NCBI RefSeq assembly: GCF_963921235.1
Contig: NC_086097.1
Location: 86,430,001-86,494,000 of the forward strand
From: Mobula hypostoma
Taxonomy: Eukaryota
DNA length: 64,000 nucleotides
Direction of reading: 5' to 3'
The position numbers and the translations under genes were made by a program. The notes under the pieces were generated by a model. It was not told the DNA's origin and did not search any database. It worked only from the letters and a program-made list of their open reading frames with translations. Position 1 is the first letter of the stretch; each line of letters opens with the position of its first letter. This document shows positions 37,191 through 49,778 of the stretch, piece after piece.

Positions 37191-39880
37191 CTGGTATTAG
37201 ACATTTCAATCCTTGGAAAAAAGATCTTGTCTGTCCTGTCTATGCATCTCATACTCTTATAAACCTCAATCAGATCTCTGCTCAGCATCCGCCGCTCCAG
37301 CGAAAACAACACTAGTTTATCCAACCTCTCATTATAGTACATGCCCATCCAGGCAGCATCTTGGTAAACCTCTCCTGCACTCTCTCCAAAGCCTTGACAC
37401 CTTTCCTATAATGGGGTGACCAGAACTGTATGCAATACTCCAGATGCAGCCTAACTAGAGTTTCATAAAGCTGCAACATAACTTCCTGACTATTGAACTC
37501 AATGCCTTGGCTAATAAAGACAAACATGCCCTATGCCTTCTTAACCACCCTATCGACCCGTGTAGCCCCTTTCAAGGAGCTATGAACTTTGACTCCAGGA
37601 TTCCTCTACTCATCAACACTGTTAAGGGTCTTGCCCTTGAGAGTAGTGTGGCATGTGGCCAAGTGGTTAGGGCATTGGGTTCACGATCTGAAGGTTGTGG
37701 GTTCGAGTCTCGGCTGAGGCAGCATGTTATGTCTTTGAGCAAGGCACTTAACCACGCACTGCTCCAGTCCATCCAGATGAAAATGGGTACCAGCAAATGC
37801 TGGGGGTTAAGCTCGCAATAGACTGGCGTCCTATACGGGGGGATGTCTTGTACTCTCAGTCGCTTCACGCCACAAGGCTCAGGACAGACTCTAACTCTAA
37901 CCTTGACAGTATACTGTTTCTTCGCATATAGTCGACCAAGGTGCAACACTTCACATTGGCTGGGTTAAACTCCATCTTCTGTATTTCCGCCTGTATCAAA
38001 AACTGATCTACATCTCATTGTATTCTTTGCCAGACTTCATTGCTAACCACAACACCACCAATCTTGATATCATTCACAAACTTATTACCCACCTACATTG
38101 TCATCCAGGTCAATTACATACATCACAAACAGCAGAGGTCCCAGCACTGATCCCTGCAGAATACCACTAATCACAGACCTCCAGCTGGAATAGGTCCCCT
38201 CAACCACTACCTCTGTCTTCTATGCGCAAGCCGGTTCTGAATCCAAACAGCCAACCAACCATGAATCCCATGCATTCTGGATCAGCCTCCCATGAGAGAC
38301 CTTCTCAAACACGCCACTCAAATCCATGTAAACAACATCCACAGCTCTGCCTTCACCAATCACCCTTGTCACCTCATCGATCAGCTTGGTAAGTCACAAC
38401 TTGCCCCACACAAAGACATGTTGGCTCTCCCTAATTATGCAATGGTTTTCCAAATGCTCATAAATCTTATCCTTAATAATTTTCTACCCATACAGATTCA
38501 ACGGATAAGCCCTCCATTATGTTCCCTCTGAGTACCACTGTGATATTGTCCCTGATAAGTAGGGCAACTCCACCACCTCTTTTACCTCCCTCTCTATCTT
38601 TTCTAAACCATCTAAATTCCTGGGACATTAAGCACCCATTCCTGTCTCCCTTTGTCTCTCTCAGCCAAGTCTCTGTAATGGCTACGGCATCATAGTTCCA
38701 GGTACTCAAAGTTCATCACCTTTACCCATAATACTCCAAGCATTAAAATACACACACTTTAAACTTTGGACCTGCCTGTTTTTACTGGCCCTGACATCTA
38801 CCTTCCTGTCCATCCCTCCACTTTCTGACCCAGTGCTCCAATTCTCATCCCCTTGCCAAATTGGTTTAAATCTTCCTGAGTAGCACTAGCAAACCTCCCA
38901 GCTCCCCTCCAGTTCAGATGCAACCCATCTCTCTTGTACAGGTCATTCCTACCCCAGAAAAGGGTCCAATTATCCAAGAACCTGAAACTCTGATCCCCCT
39001 CCCCCACCCCCCAGACCAATTCCTCAGCCACTCATTCATCCAATTCCCTGCCCTGAGAAATCCAGAAATTACTACCTTCGAGGTCCTTCTCTTCAGTCTC
39101 TTTCCTAACTCCCTCTTCTCACTATGAAGGACCTCTTTCTACCCCCTTTCTAACTTCTTCCCTAGGTCCAATGTACACCATGACCGCTCACCCTCCCTCT
39201 TGAGAATCTTCTGCAGTTGCTCTGAGATATCCTGAACACTAGCACCTAGGAGGCAGCACACAACACTAGCGACTCTTTCACAGCCACAGAACTCTTGTCT
39301 GACCCCCTAATTATTGAGTAACCTGTCACGATCGCTCTTCCTCACTTCACTCTTCCAGCTACACCATCACTGGCCTGGGTCCTGCTGTTGTGCCCCGATA
39401 GGTCATCTGCACCCCCCTCCCTGCAGTATCCAAAGGGGTCTACTTGTTGTTGAGGGGAATGGCCACAGGGAACCCTGTACTGACTGCTTACATCCCTTAC
39501 TTCTCCTAGTGGTCACCCATCTCCTACCTGAAACCTGTACTCTGAGTGTGACCACTTCAGCAAAAGTTTCGTCTGAGATTTACAGCCTCTCAGCTGGTCC
39601 CGAGTACATCCAGCCCCAGCTCTAGTTTCTTGACCTTGTAAGTCGGGAACTGAAATTGGATGCACTTCCCATAAATGAAGTCATCGGGTAGACTGTTATG
39701 TACCCTGCAACTCGTCATCTTACAAGAGGAGCATTCCACTGCCTTAACTACTAGCCTGCCTATACTTGTCAATCTCAAGTTCTAGCCTGCATCTCTTCGC
39801 TCCTAAGCCTTTTGAGCAAAAGCCTGACCACTCACTCTCACAATGGCCACTCCACTTACACCTTGCTTCTTTTTATTGCT
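36880..39880 (-). mobile_element. Internally deleted CR1 LINE (ORF1 zinc finger and esterase, ORF2 fragments, tail) with a nested SINE and a (TA)(CA)n microsatellite
   Basis: ORFs 39590..39778 (CSSC), 38798..39031 (DGLHLN), 38473..38709 (AITETWL) and 37312..37527 (LEYCIQFWSP). Confidence 0.88.
37641..37900 (+). mobile_element. tRNA-derived SINE with CORE-like centre and 6-bp TSD
   Basis: A box TGGCCAAGTGG, B box GGTTCGAGTCT, tgtctttgagcaaggcacttaacc, (actcta)n tail. TSD ccttga at 37635-37640 and 37901-37906. Confidence 0.85.
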
Positions 39881-40384
39881 TGCTGCTGAGGGCCTATGAG
39901 ATCATTATGATTGCAGCCTGGTGAAAATTTCTAAAAGGCCCCAAGCTTTGTTTTTAAATCTTGCGCTGCCTCACCAACAAATGACTGCTTGGGATGATTG
40001 CAGTCTGCTGACTTGAATTGTAATTTTCCAATAAATGTATAGAAATAACTAAGGATTCCTAAATCTCTGTCTAAAATTCCCATTCTGTTTTCTACTCTAT
40101 TCAACTTTGTTATAACAAAATGTACTATTTAGAATTGGGCATTTTGGTTTATGCCAGCTAGAGCAAAAACCTGCAGTTAGTTGATAAAGAAGAATTTTCT
40201 CTTTGCAAGAAAGCCTTGTAAAGAGATTGTCTGTACAATCAACAAAAGTATATTTCATCTGCTTAGTTTCTTGACTAACATCTTTTACTTTAAAATTGAG
40301 GAAACAATATCTTATAATTTATTCAAATATGATTTTATCCCCAGTTTTGATGCTTCTTTTTAAAAGTAAAAGGAAAAGTAATCT

Positions 40385-41292
40385 CATTAATCACTAGATT
40401 CTGGAATGGTTCCAGAGGACTGAAATTGCAAATGCTAATTAAGAAGAGAGGGAGGCAAAAGACAGGTAATAATTATAATTATAGGCAAGTTAGCCTGACT
40501 TCAGTGGTTGGCAAGATGTTGGTGTCCACCATTGAGGATGAGGTTTCGACGTACATGGAGGCACATAATTAAATAGGCCATAGTCAGCATGGTTTCATTA
40601 AGGGAAAATCTACGCTGACAAATCTGCTGGAACTCTTTGAGGAAATAACAGGCAGGAGACACAAAGGAGATTCAGTGGATGTTATTTACTTGGATTTTTA
40701 TACGGCCTATGACAAGGTGCCACACATGAGGCTGTTTAACAAGAGCTCATATTACTACAGGAAATATACTAGTATGAACTGAAGATTGGCTAACTGGCAG
40801 GAGGCAGAGAGTGGGAATAAAGGGGGCTTTTTCTGATTGGCTGCCAGTAACTAGTGGTGTTCCACAGGGATTGATGTTGAAACTACCACTTTTCACGTTA
40901 TATGTCAATGATATGGATGGTGGAATTGATGGCTTTGTGGCCAAGTTTACGGAAGATACAAAGATAGCTGGAAGGGCAGGTGGTATTCAGGAAGCAGGAA
41001 GTCTACAGAAGGATTTAGACATATTTGCAGATAGGCAAAGAGTTGGTAGGTGGAATACATGAAAGAGTAAGGAAGTGTACGATCATTCACTTTGGTAGAA
41101 GAAATTAAGGTGTAAATGTTTTTCTAAACAGGTAGAGAATTCAGAGAGGTGCAGAGGGACCTGGGAGTGCTCATGCAGGATTCCCTAAAAGTCAACTTGC
41201 AAGTTGAATTGGTGGTAAGGAAGGCAAATGCAATCAGAGCTGACGAGATGGACTGAATTGCCTAATTCTTCTCCTATGTCTTATGGTCTTAT
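40385..41292 (+). mobile_element. CR1 RT fragment with internal deletion and tail
   Basis: ORF 40811..41062 (VTSGVPQG...KFTEDTK). Confidence 0.85.
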
Positions 41293-42655
41293 TAAGATTG
41301 ATGTGGAGGATCTCAGACAATTAGCAGTACTGGAGCAAATATGCAGGCTAGTAGAGTAACAGGAACTTATCAATGACATGTCCTGTAGATATTTGGAAGT
41401 TGTTCCATAAATACTATCTTGCTTACAGTTCCAGGGGATGGGTGTTCATCCTGTGAGGCAGACTTAAAAGGATATTTCAGTCTAGTCTAAAGTGTGTGAA
41501 CAATACAGGAATGCAATGTGACACACAAAGCATGCAACAGAATTCATACCACTGATGTGCTTGAGGAAGGCAATTGTGGTTTATAAATAATTCACTTCAG
41601 GTTGAGTTTGAAGTGGTGTATTGTTGCCAGAACAAAAAGAGGTCACATTCTGTAAGAATAGTGAATACAGGAACAGGAATAATGGGATCCGGGAGTGCAG
41701 ACATACAAGTCATAAGAGTAGATGTGCAAGTTAGTACAGACAAAACTAAATAGAGCAGCTGGAACATGACACTCAAACACAGATCAGTTGATTAGAGAGT
41801 AACATGCTGTGTATGTCTATATGTACTATGTTTTGCAGGAAAAATGCTTCACAGGAACAATGCTTCATTTAACTGTGTACATGCATATGGTTAAATGACA
41901 ATAAACTTGAACTTGATAATGTGTGGCAAAATTGAAAGATATTGGTTATTAGCTCTAACAACTCTGACAATGGGAGTTATTTGCAAGAGAGTTATTGATG
42001 TTGTGGTAGTTAGATTAATATCATTATGTACTCATAAATAATTAATGAAACAAGCACTTAATCTTACATGATCAACACATAGTGACATCCCAAAAAAAAA
42101 TGTAGAAAACATTTCCAGTGAAAATAAATCAGTATTTTACCTGAAGAAGACAGGTTTGATGCTTGTGACAACTGTGCAGGCACGTGGTCTGAACATTGGC
42201 AAGGATCCAAAGATTCCTGGTTGTGGAACTTTGTAAAGGAGATCCGTGTGGAAACCACACAGCAATGTGTCAAGCAACTGAAGCAGGTTGTACTCAAAGA
42301 TGTCAACACATTAAATTACACCATGATTTCTGGGAGCTAAGAGGATTCCCTCAAAATCAGGCTCAGTCACACCTCTTCCCCTAGCCTTTTAGGGTTTTTC
42401 TACCTCAGGCTACATGGAAAGAACAAAACAAACAAAGTAAGATTTAAAAAAAGAACACCAATGGACAGAGTATGCGCTAGGCTAGGGACACATAGTCTAT
42501 CTGTGACCCACAGATGCAGAGTACCATTAACTTCATAGGATTATCCATCACGAATCATTTTTTAAATCTGAAAATACATGACCTTTATGACATCACATTA
42601 AAAAGAAAGATTCTTGTGCAGCGACAGCAATAGAAATTAAAGGTTCTTCTCTTAC

Positions 42656-42809
42656 CTCTCTTCCACACCACCAAGGTCCTTCTGGTACAAAGAGCTGGGG
42701 CCCCAGGTCCAACCTTTCTTTTTATGCCCCTTTTTCTCATCTTCATCACACTCTTCTCGCTGAAACATTGAACTGCGGCCCCAGGTCTTATTGCTTTCAC
42801 CTGGTGTTA
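42656..42809 (-). CDS. MAP3K9: MAP3K9 exon (LTPGESNKTWGRSSMFQREECDEDEKKGHKKKGWTWGPSSLYQKDLGGVEE), 154 bp; this frame is not in the ORF track
   Basis: Manual translation shows the conserved MLK motifs KTWGRSS and KKKGxTWGP. Acceptor ttcatag, donor GAG|gtaag. Confidence 0.93.
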
Positions 42810-43401
42810 CTATGAAGAGGTTAAAAAGATGGCCGTTTATCCCAGTAGTTTCATATCAGTCACTGGCAAAATAATTTAAGGTTATTCAACATGTTGAATT
42901 TTTATTCACTTTGCCTAGCAAGGTTTCAATCTACTAGAGCTAACTACATATAGCTTGGAATCAATCTATTATGTATCAAAGCCCCAATGTCTGGTGACCC
43001 ACTCTTCCCTACCCTCTCTAACCCTCTGGGCTCTCACTCACATGGCTGAGCTTCTCATGCAGACTCTGATGATGACAGTCAACAATCTATTTAACCATAA
43101 GGAAGTGACTGGATTGCACAACTCCCAGCCCCATAGATTATCAGTACAGGAACATATCAGGACTAATAAACACCGATTCAATTTTCTACTCTTTAATCAA
43201 TGATGCCAAACAGACACATTGCATTGTATATGAAAATCTAGTTACACAAATTATAATAGTTAGCTCTCATATTTTAGAAAATGAATAAATTTGTAGAATA
43301 TGCCTTCTAAAACATCAGTAAATATGATTATTTAGTGGAAATTTTATTAATTTTTCCTTTTTTACCACAATTCCTAACAATTTGAACCAGTATTTTCCAT
43401 T

Positions 43402-44228
43402 CAACACACACAAATTGCTGGAGGAACTCAGCAGGCCAGGTAGCATCTACGGAAAAGAGTACAGTCGATGTTTCAGGCCGAAACCCTTCATCAGGACTGA
43501 AGTAAAAAAAAGCCGAGGAGTCAGAGTAAGAAAGTGAGTGGAGGGGAGGAAGAGCCACAAGGTGATAGGTGAAACCAGGAAAGGGGGAAGGGTGAAGTAA
43601 AGAGCTAGGAAATTGATTGGCGAAAGAGATACAGGGCTGGAGAAGGGGGAACCTAATAGGGGAGGACAGAGGCCATGGAGGAAAGAAACGGGGGAGGATC
43701 ACCAGAGGGAGGGTGTAGGGGTGAAGGGAGGGGGGCATTACCACAAGTTAGCGAAATCGAAGTTCACGTCACCAGGTTGGAGGCTATCCAGACGGAATAC
43801 ACGGTGTTGCTCCTCCAACCCGTGAGGCCCCATCACAACAGTAGAGGAGGCCATGGATTGACATGTCAGAATGGGAATGGGAAGTGGAATTAAAATGGGT
43901 GGCCACTAGAAGATCCCACTTTTTCTGGCAGTCGGAATGTAGGTGCTCGGCGAAGCAGAATCCCAATCTATGTCGTGTCTCACCGATATACAGGAGGCCA
44001 CACGGGCAGCACTGGATACAGTAGATGACCCCAGCAGACTCACAGGTGAAGTGTCACCTCACCTGGAAGGCTTATTTGGGGCCCTGAACAGCAGTGAGGG
44101 AAGAGGTGTAGGGGCAGGTGTAGCACTTGTTTCATTTTCAAGGGTTAGTGCCAGGAGGGAGATCCTTGCAAGTGGAACTATTGCTACACCTGCCCCTACT
44201 CACCTCCCTCACTACCATTCAAGACCCC
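43402..44228 (-). mobile_element. Penelope-like element 3' fragment (GIY-YIG C-terminus and terminal repeat) with a short inverted stub
   Basis: Homologous to 58030-58818; ORF 43784..43966 (FAEHL...VATHFNS). Confidence 0.88.
43462..43499 (-). ncRNA. Minimal type-I hammerhead ribozyme motif (loop 3 ACAU)
   Basis: CAGTC-CTGATGA-AGGGTTTCGGCCT-GAAA-CATC-GACTG. Confidence 0.6.
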
Positions 44229-44229
44229 C

Positions 44230-45150
44230 CCACTTATCTCCATCCTGGCACTGATCCAAGAACTTGAAACCCTTCCCCCTGCACCATCTCTGCAGCCACT
44301 CATTCATCCATGCCATCACCCCACTCCTCCCTACACTAGCCCCTGGCACAGGGTGTAATCCAGAGATGACAACCTTGGAGGTCCTTCTCTTCAGCCTCTT
44401 TTCTAAGTCTATAACCTCACTGCATAGGACCTCTTCCCCTTCTCTGTCTATGTCACTGATGCCAATATGCATCACGAACTCTGGCTGTTCCCCCTTCCCC
44501 TATGGAATATCCTGCAGCTGCTCCGATACATCTTGGACTCTAGCACCTGGGAGGCAACACACCATCCTGATCCCTCGTTTGCGGCCACAGAATCTCCTTT
44601 CTGTCCCCCTAACCATCGAGTCCCTTATAATTACCATACTGCTTTACCCTTCCCTGTCGAGGCTCAGGGCCAGCCACAGTGCCACCAGCCTGGCAGCTGC
44701 TACAATGATCAGATGGGCCATCCCTTCCAGCAGTACCAGTTGCTGAGGGGAATGGTCACAGGGGAACCTTGCACTGATTTCCTAATCCCTTTACCTCTCC
44801 TGGTAGTCTCCCATCCACTGTCCAAACCCTGTACTCTGGGTGTGGCCACCTCTTCAAAAGTCTCATCTATAATACCTTCAGCTCCCTGATGATCTTGAGT
44901 ACATCCAACTCCAGCTACAACTCCTTGACCCGGTCAGTCTGGCGCTGAAGTTGGGTGCACTTCCCGCAGATGTAGTTGTCAGGGAAACTGTCAGGTATCC
45001 TGAATTCCCACATCTGACAGGAGAAGGATTCCCCCTAACTACTCTATACCAATAAAGAAAAAGGTTTGCCTCTTCTTAACTGTGCCTTCCCCTGTTCACG
45101 CTGAAGCCTGTTAAGCCAAAGCCTTCATACTCTATCACTGGCACACTCTG
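44230..45150 (-). mobile_element. CR1 ORF1 (esterase) fragment
   Basis: ORF 44212..44475 (HIGISDI..KVVISGL..WCRGKGFKFLD). Confidence 0.8.
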
Positions 45151-45154
45151 ACAA

Positions 45155-45937
45155 TGACCCTATTTGGGACAACTCGTAAAGAACAAAAAACTAACTGAGA
45201 AAATAGCTGGGATTCTCTTATTTTCGTTGAAATGTCATGCTGCTTAATTGGGGTAGGAGACTTCTGCTGAACAATTTCTAACTAGAGTCAGATGCATGCC
45301 CGTTAAGACACTACACTGAGCTTAGAGTGAGCAGTTTTTAAAGAGCATCAGTTTCATGCCTTGAGTTCTAAAAGACGTGATTCTTATCACTGATAATTGG
45401 TGAGAAATAAGCATTAAGACAATTCAGAACTGTTTTGTTTAATGCGGTTTCAAGCATTCAGGCTTTGAGATGCAAGGAACAGCCGGGAGAGAAAATGAAA
45501 CGATTTCCTATTTCAACAAGTTAGGAACTATGAAAGATTTGAGGGTATTAACAATTATCTTGAATGTCACAAAGAAAATGAAGATTTGGAGGATGTAATC
45601 ATCGAAAGCATTGTATGCAGTCCATTATCTACAATGGGTGTCTGCACTCACTTTTGTTCATTTACAATCAATCAAAAGAATGCAACAATGTACAGGCACA
45701 CTGGATGAATTCCTCCATTGATAACAATTAGGAACAAATACACAGTTTTATAATACTGTAGTGGTACTGATAATGTTCTGATTTGTTCTGTATTTTAGTT
45801 AACTGCATAACTTGTTACTCAGTTAAACTGTAGCTTGCATTTTCTTGTGTTTTATAACTATTTCAATGAAACTTCATGCTAATTGGGGCAGCCAGTTAAT
45901 TGGGCCAAAATGTACTGTTCTGAAATGTCCCACTGTA
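45155..45937 (+). mobile_element. Tigger/pogo-like DNA transposon remnant
   Basis: Ends in gtcccactgta. Shares sequence in inverted orientation with 55330-55643. Confidence 0.5.
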
Positions 45938-45989
45938 TTTAAATTACTTATATCATTACAACCATCCAGTCATCCAGGAGCATCCTCCT

Positions 45990-48195
45990 GCAAGTTCAAG
46001 TTCCAAGTTTATTATCGACTGACTGTACATATATGTGTTCGTCCATCGTCGACGTCAATGAGAACCTCGACACCATTACATATATACAATCAAACGAAAC
46101 TATGTTCCTCTGAACCATGGTACACCCATAAAATATACACACATAGCACATAAAATATTACCACAAATGAGTTCATAAAATTTAATCCAAAATGCATTTA
46201 GTGCGCTGCACAGGTAAACAGTAAACAGTGCAATAACAAGTAAACAGCTCACTGTTCTAGTGATGAGGCCTCAGTGGTTTCAAGGGTATTAATTAGTCTC
46301 ACTGCCTGGGGGAAGAAGTTACCACAAATGAGTTCATAAAATATAATCCAAAATACATTTAGTGCGCTGCACAGGTAAACGGTAAACAGTGCAATAACAA
46401 GTAAACAGCTCAATGTTCTAGTGATGAGGCCTCAGTGGTTTCAAGGGTATTAATTAGTCTCACTGCCTGGGGGAAGAAGTTGTTACCCAGCCCGGCAGTC
46501 CTGGTTCTGAAGCTCCTGTACCTCCTTCCTGACAGTAGAGGGTCAAAGAGATTGTGGGATGTCCTCAACAATGCTTCAGGCTCTTTGTATAACAATGTTC
46601 CCAGTAAATGTCACAATGAGAGGACAGACCATGGTGATCCTCTCGGCGGTTTTTAATTATCCTCTGTAGGGTTTTGCGATCTAATGCCTTGCAGCTTCTA
46701 CACCACACAATGATGCAGCCAGACAAGACACTCTTGATGGCGTTTGTGCAGCTTGTTAGAATGGGGGGCAGGGAGCCTGCAAGCTTCAGTCTCCTCAGAA
46801 AGTGTAAATGCAGCTATGCCTTCTTGACTAGTGAGGAGGTGTTGTGAGTCCAGGTTAGATCGCCTGGTATGAGCGCACCAAGATATTCTCTCCACAGCAG
46901 AGCCATCGATGTGCAATGGAGAGTGGTCGCACTGTGCCTTCCTGAAGTCCACAATCATCTCTTTTGCCTTGTCCATGTTGAGACTCAGGTTATTGTACTC
47001 ACACTATTTGACAAGCCTCTCAACTTTCTCCCTATATACTGACACATCATTGTTGTTGATGAGGCCAGTGTGGTATCATCAGTGAACTTGATAATGCGGT
47101 TGAACTGGATCTGGCAGTGTAGTTGTGATTCAGATGCATAAACAGCAGTGGCTGATCACCCAGCACTGGGGGGGGGGGGGGGGGCCCCGCGGCACTAGTG
47201 CTCAATGTGATGGAACTTGAGATGCTGTTGCCAGCTCGGACTAAAATCCGAGATCCAGCTACGGAGAGGGGTGTTGAGTCGTAATGAGGACAGTTCACCC
47301 ACCAGCCTTTGAAGGATGACAGTGTTAAGTGCTGAGCTGAAGTCAATGAACAGCATCCTGGTGTGTGAGGCATCATTTTCAAAGTGGGACAGGACAGAGT
47401 GGATGGCCAAGGCTATGGCATCTTCAGTGCACCAGTTTAAGTGGTAGTCAAACTGTGAAGGGTCCAATGTAGCTGGAAGGTGGGATTTTATCTGATCCAT
47501 AACCTGCCACTCAAGGCACTTCACGATTGTTGAGGTCAGTGTCCTTGGCGAGTAATAGTTTAGGCCAGTTACCATCACTGTTGTAGGAAACAGAATGATG
47601 GTGGCTGCCTTGAAACTTGCAGGAATGGTGGAAGGTTTCAAAGAGATGTTAAAGATGTCCGTTAAGAGCTCTTTTAAGCTGTGCCACACAAACCCTCAGC
47701 ACCTGACCAGGTACGTTGCCTGGTTCTGCAGCATTGCATGGGTTTACCCTGGCCAAGATGCTCCTCACCTCGAATGCGGCCAGACAGGGTGCTTGTTCCA
47801 CGGGGGCAGCAGGGGCTTTTCTCGATGTCACATGACGTCCAATCGTGCATAGAAGACATACAGCCTGTCAAGAAGGGAGGCATCACTGTTGTTGACACAC
47901 GGGATGGACTTCCAATCTGTTACTATTTGTAAACCTTGCCATATACGCTCTGTGTCCCTGTTGTCACAAAGGTGTCTATGAATTTTCTGAGTGCTCTTGC
48001 TTTGCCTTCTTGATGGGCTGGGAAAGCGCAGATCTTGCTGACTTTAGAGTTGTCTCATCCCCTGATCTGAAGCCAGCGTTCAAATCCCCAAACAGTGTAT
48101 GAATCTCGTCAGTCAGACACGGTTTCTGGTTTGCCCTGGTAGAGTAGTGTTTAATCGCGGTAACATCCTCCATGCATTTTCCTATGTAGCCGGTA
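45990..48195 (-). mobile_element. Rex1/Babar-clade LINE, defective
   Basis: ORF 47195..47689 (LFIDFSSALNT), 46698..46976 (KAKEMIVDFRK), 46410..46595 (NNFFPQAVR); (ttgaac)n tail. Confidence 0.88.
46160..46481. repeat. Tandem duplication, 2 x 161 bp, near-identical
   Basis: accacaaatgagttc...gggggaagaagtt begins at 46160 and again at 46321. Confidence 0.95.
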
Positions 48196-49054
48196 TGTAC
48201 GAAGGTACGTACAGCAAGTCAAGTATTGATTAATCTGACGATGAACAAAAATTAGATCCAGTGCAGATATGTGTTTGCACACAAGCACTCAGATAGGGCA
48301 GGAGGGAGTAACACTAAATAACACTAAATCTGCTAGTGTTGGACTGAATTCATCAATTTGTTTCAGTTTTCATTGCCGGCCTCCCCCCTCCAACTCACCC
48401 TGCCCCCCCCCCCCACAACAGACAAACACAAAGGTAAGATCAGCCTGTACCAACATGTTTGATGCAGATCTCTGTGCCAATGTGACCTTCAATGACAGCT
48501 GAAAGATTGCTGCCACAGTGCAAAACCAGAGCGGATGGTTCTTATTGCGTTGAATGGGTTATAAATACTGCCATCTGGTGCCCGCAATGGGAACTATGAA
48601 TCTAAGCCTGTTGCAATCTCTCCAGCCACCTCCCAAGAACCAATCTCTCTTTACAAGCAATCATAAATGCCCCCTTTTGGAATGTGGTTGTTTGTTATTA
48701 ACAGGCAGAAGCTATGGGAAGTTTCTGGTGATTAGAGCCCTACTTGAGAGCAAGTAACTTGAGGTTCCACAACAAAGTAAGATAGCTCACTTAGCTTGGT
48801 TATAAAACTCTACATTAGCTTGATAATAAACCTCGACATTAGTGGACTTATGGTGATTCAAGCATTAATTGCAACTGACAGAGTTAACAGTGACCTACAA
48901 AAGGCAAATGTCAAAGAACATAATTTGATAGCAGAGAAGAACTTCACTGCGATCTTGGTTCTGTGAGGGCTACTATCTTGTTTTACTTTCAACAACTGTG
49001 TAAACTGCTGGCACAGGTGAGGAGGTAGCTAGCAAAAAGCAAGAGAGGAAAACC

Positions 49055-49190
49055 CAAACACGAGGAAATCTGCAGATGTGGAATTTCAAGCAACACATAC
49101 AAAAGTTGCTGGTGAACGCAGCAGGCCAGGCAGCATCTATAGCAAGAGGTACAGTCGACATTTCGAGCCAAGACCCTTCATCAGGACTTT
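49055..49190 (-). mobile_element. Solo Penelope terminal fragment
   Basis: Similar to 56746-56880. Confidence 0.8.
49153..49188 (-). ncRNA. Minimal type-I hammerhead ribozyme motif (loop 3 AUGU)
   Basis: AGTC-CTGATGA-AGGGTCTTGGCTC-GAAA-TGTC-GACT. Confidence 0.55.
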
Positions 49191-49388
49191 CAGTAATGCT
49201 ATGTGTGTTTTCCTATACCAGTTTGATTTTCATGTATTGTATAAAAATTACATGCTGAGAGCAACAGGTGGCCAATGGTCTGAGGAATTCTGCTGAGTGT
49301 CAAACAACAGTTGGTTTATTACTCTCTTTAAAATAATATGTGAACAATCTGGAAGCAACGCTCAATCTGTGTATGAAATAGTACTCAC

Positions 49389-49511
49389 AGTGAAATGCCC
49401 TGAGTCGTGGGATGATGGTGGGGCTTGCAGGGGGGCTCAAGCTGCTGCTGATCAGACTCTTCCTCTTGTCCAGAGTGGGAGAAGCCTGCACGGTGATCTT
49501 ATGCTGGAAAT
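49389..49511 (-). CDS. MAP3K9: MAP3K9 exon, rest of CRIB motif ([41 protein letters not shown]), 123 bp
   Basis: Acceptor gtccag, donor CACT|gtgag. Completes [13 protein letters not shown]. Confidence 0.95.
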
Positions 49512-49778
49512 CTGGACAAAATTTCAAAAGAATTCAGAAACAGCTTCGGAGAAACGTGGGGAGGGAGAGAGGTATGGAGGCAGGGAACAGGGAGGCAGGG
49601 GGAAGCCGTGGATGAGAAGTCCTGTTGGTGGGCACAAGGGTTGGGGAGAGCGATAGGAAAGCAAGATTGATTCCCTACCATTTAAAGCACGGGCTTATTA
49701 ACGGTCCAATGTAATGAGCATGTGGTGTACCCACTGCTCGCTGGGGTAGAGGGAAGATGCTCTGACAGTGATACCCAC

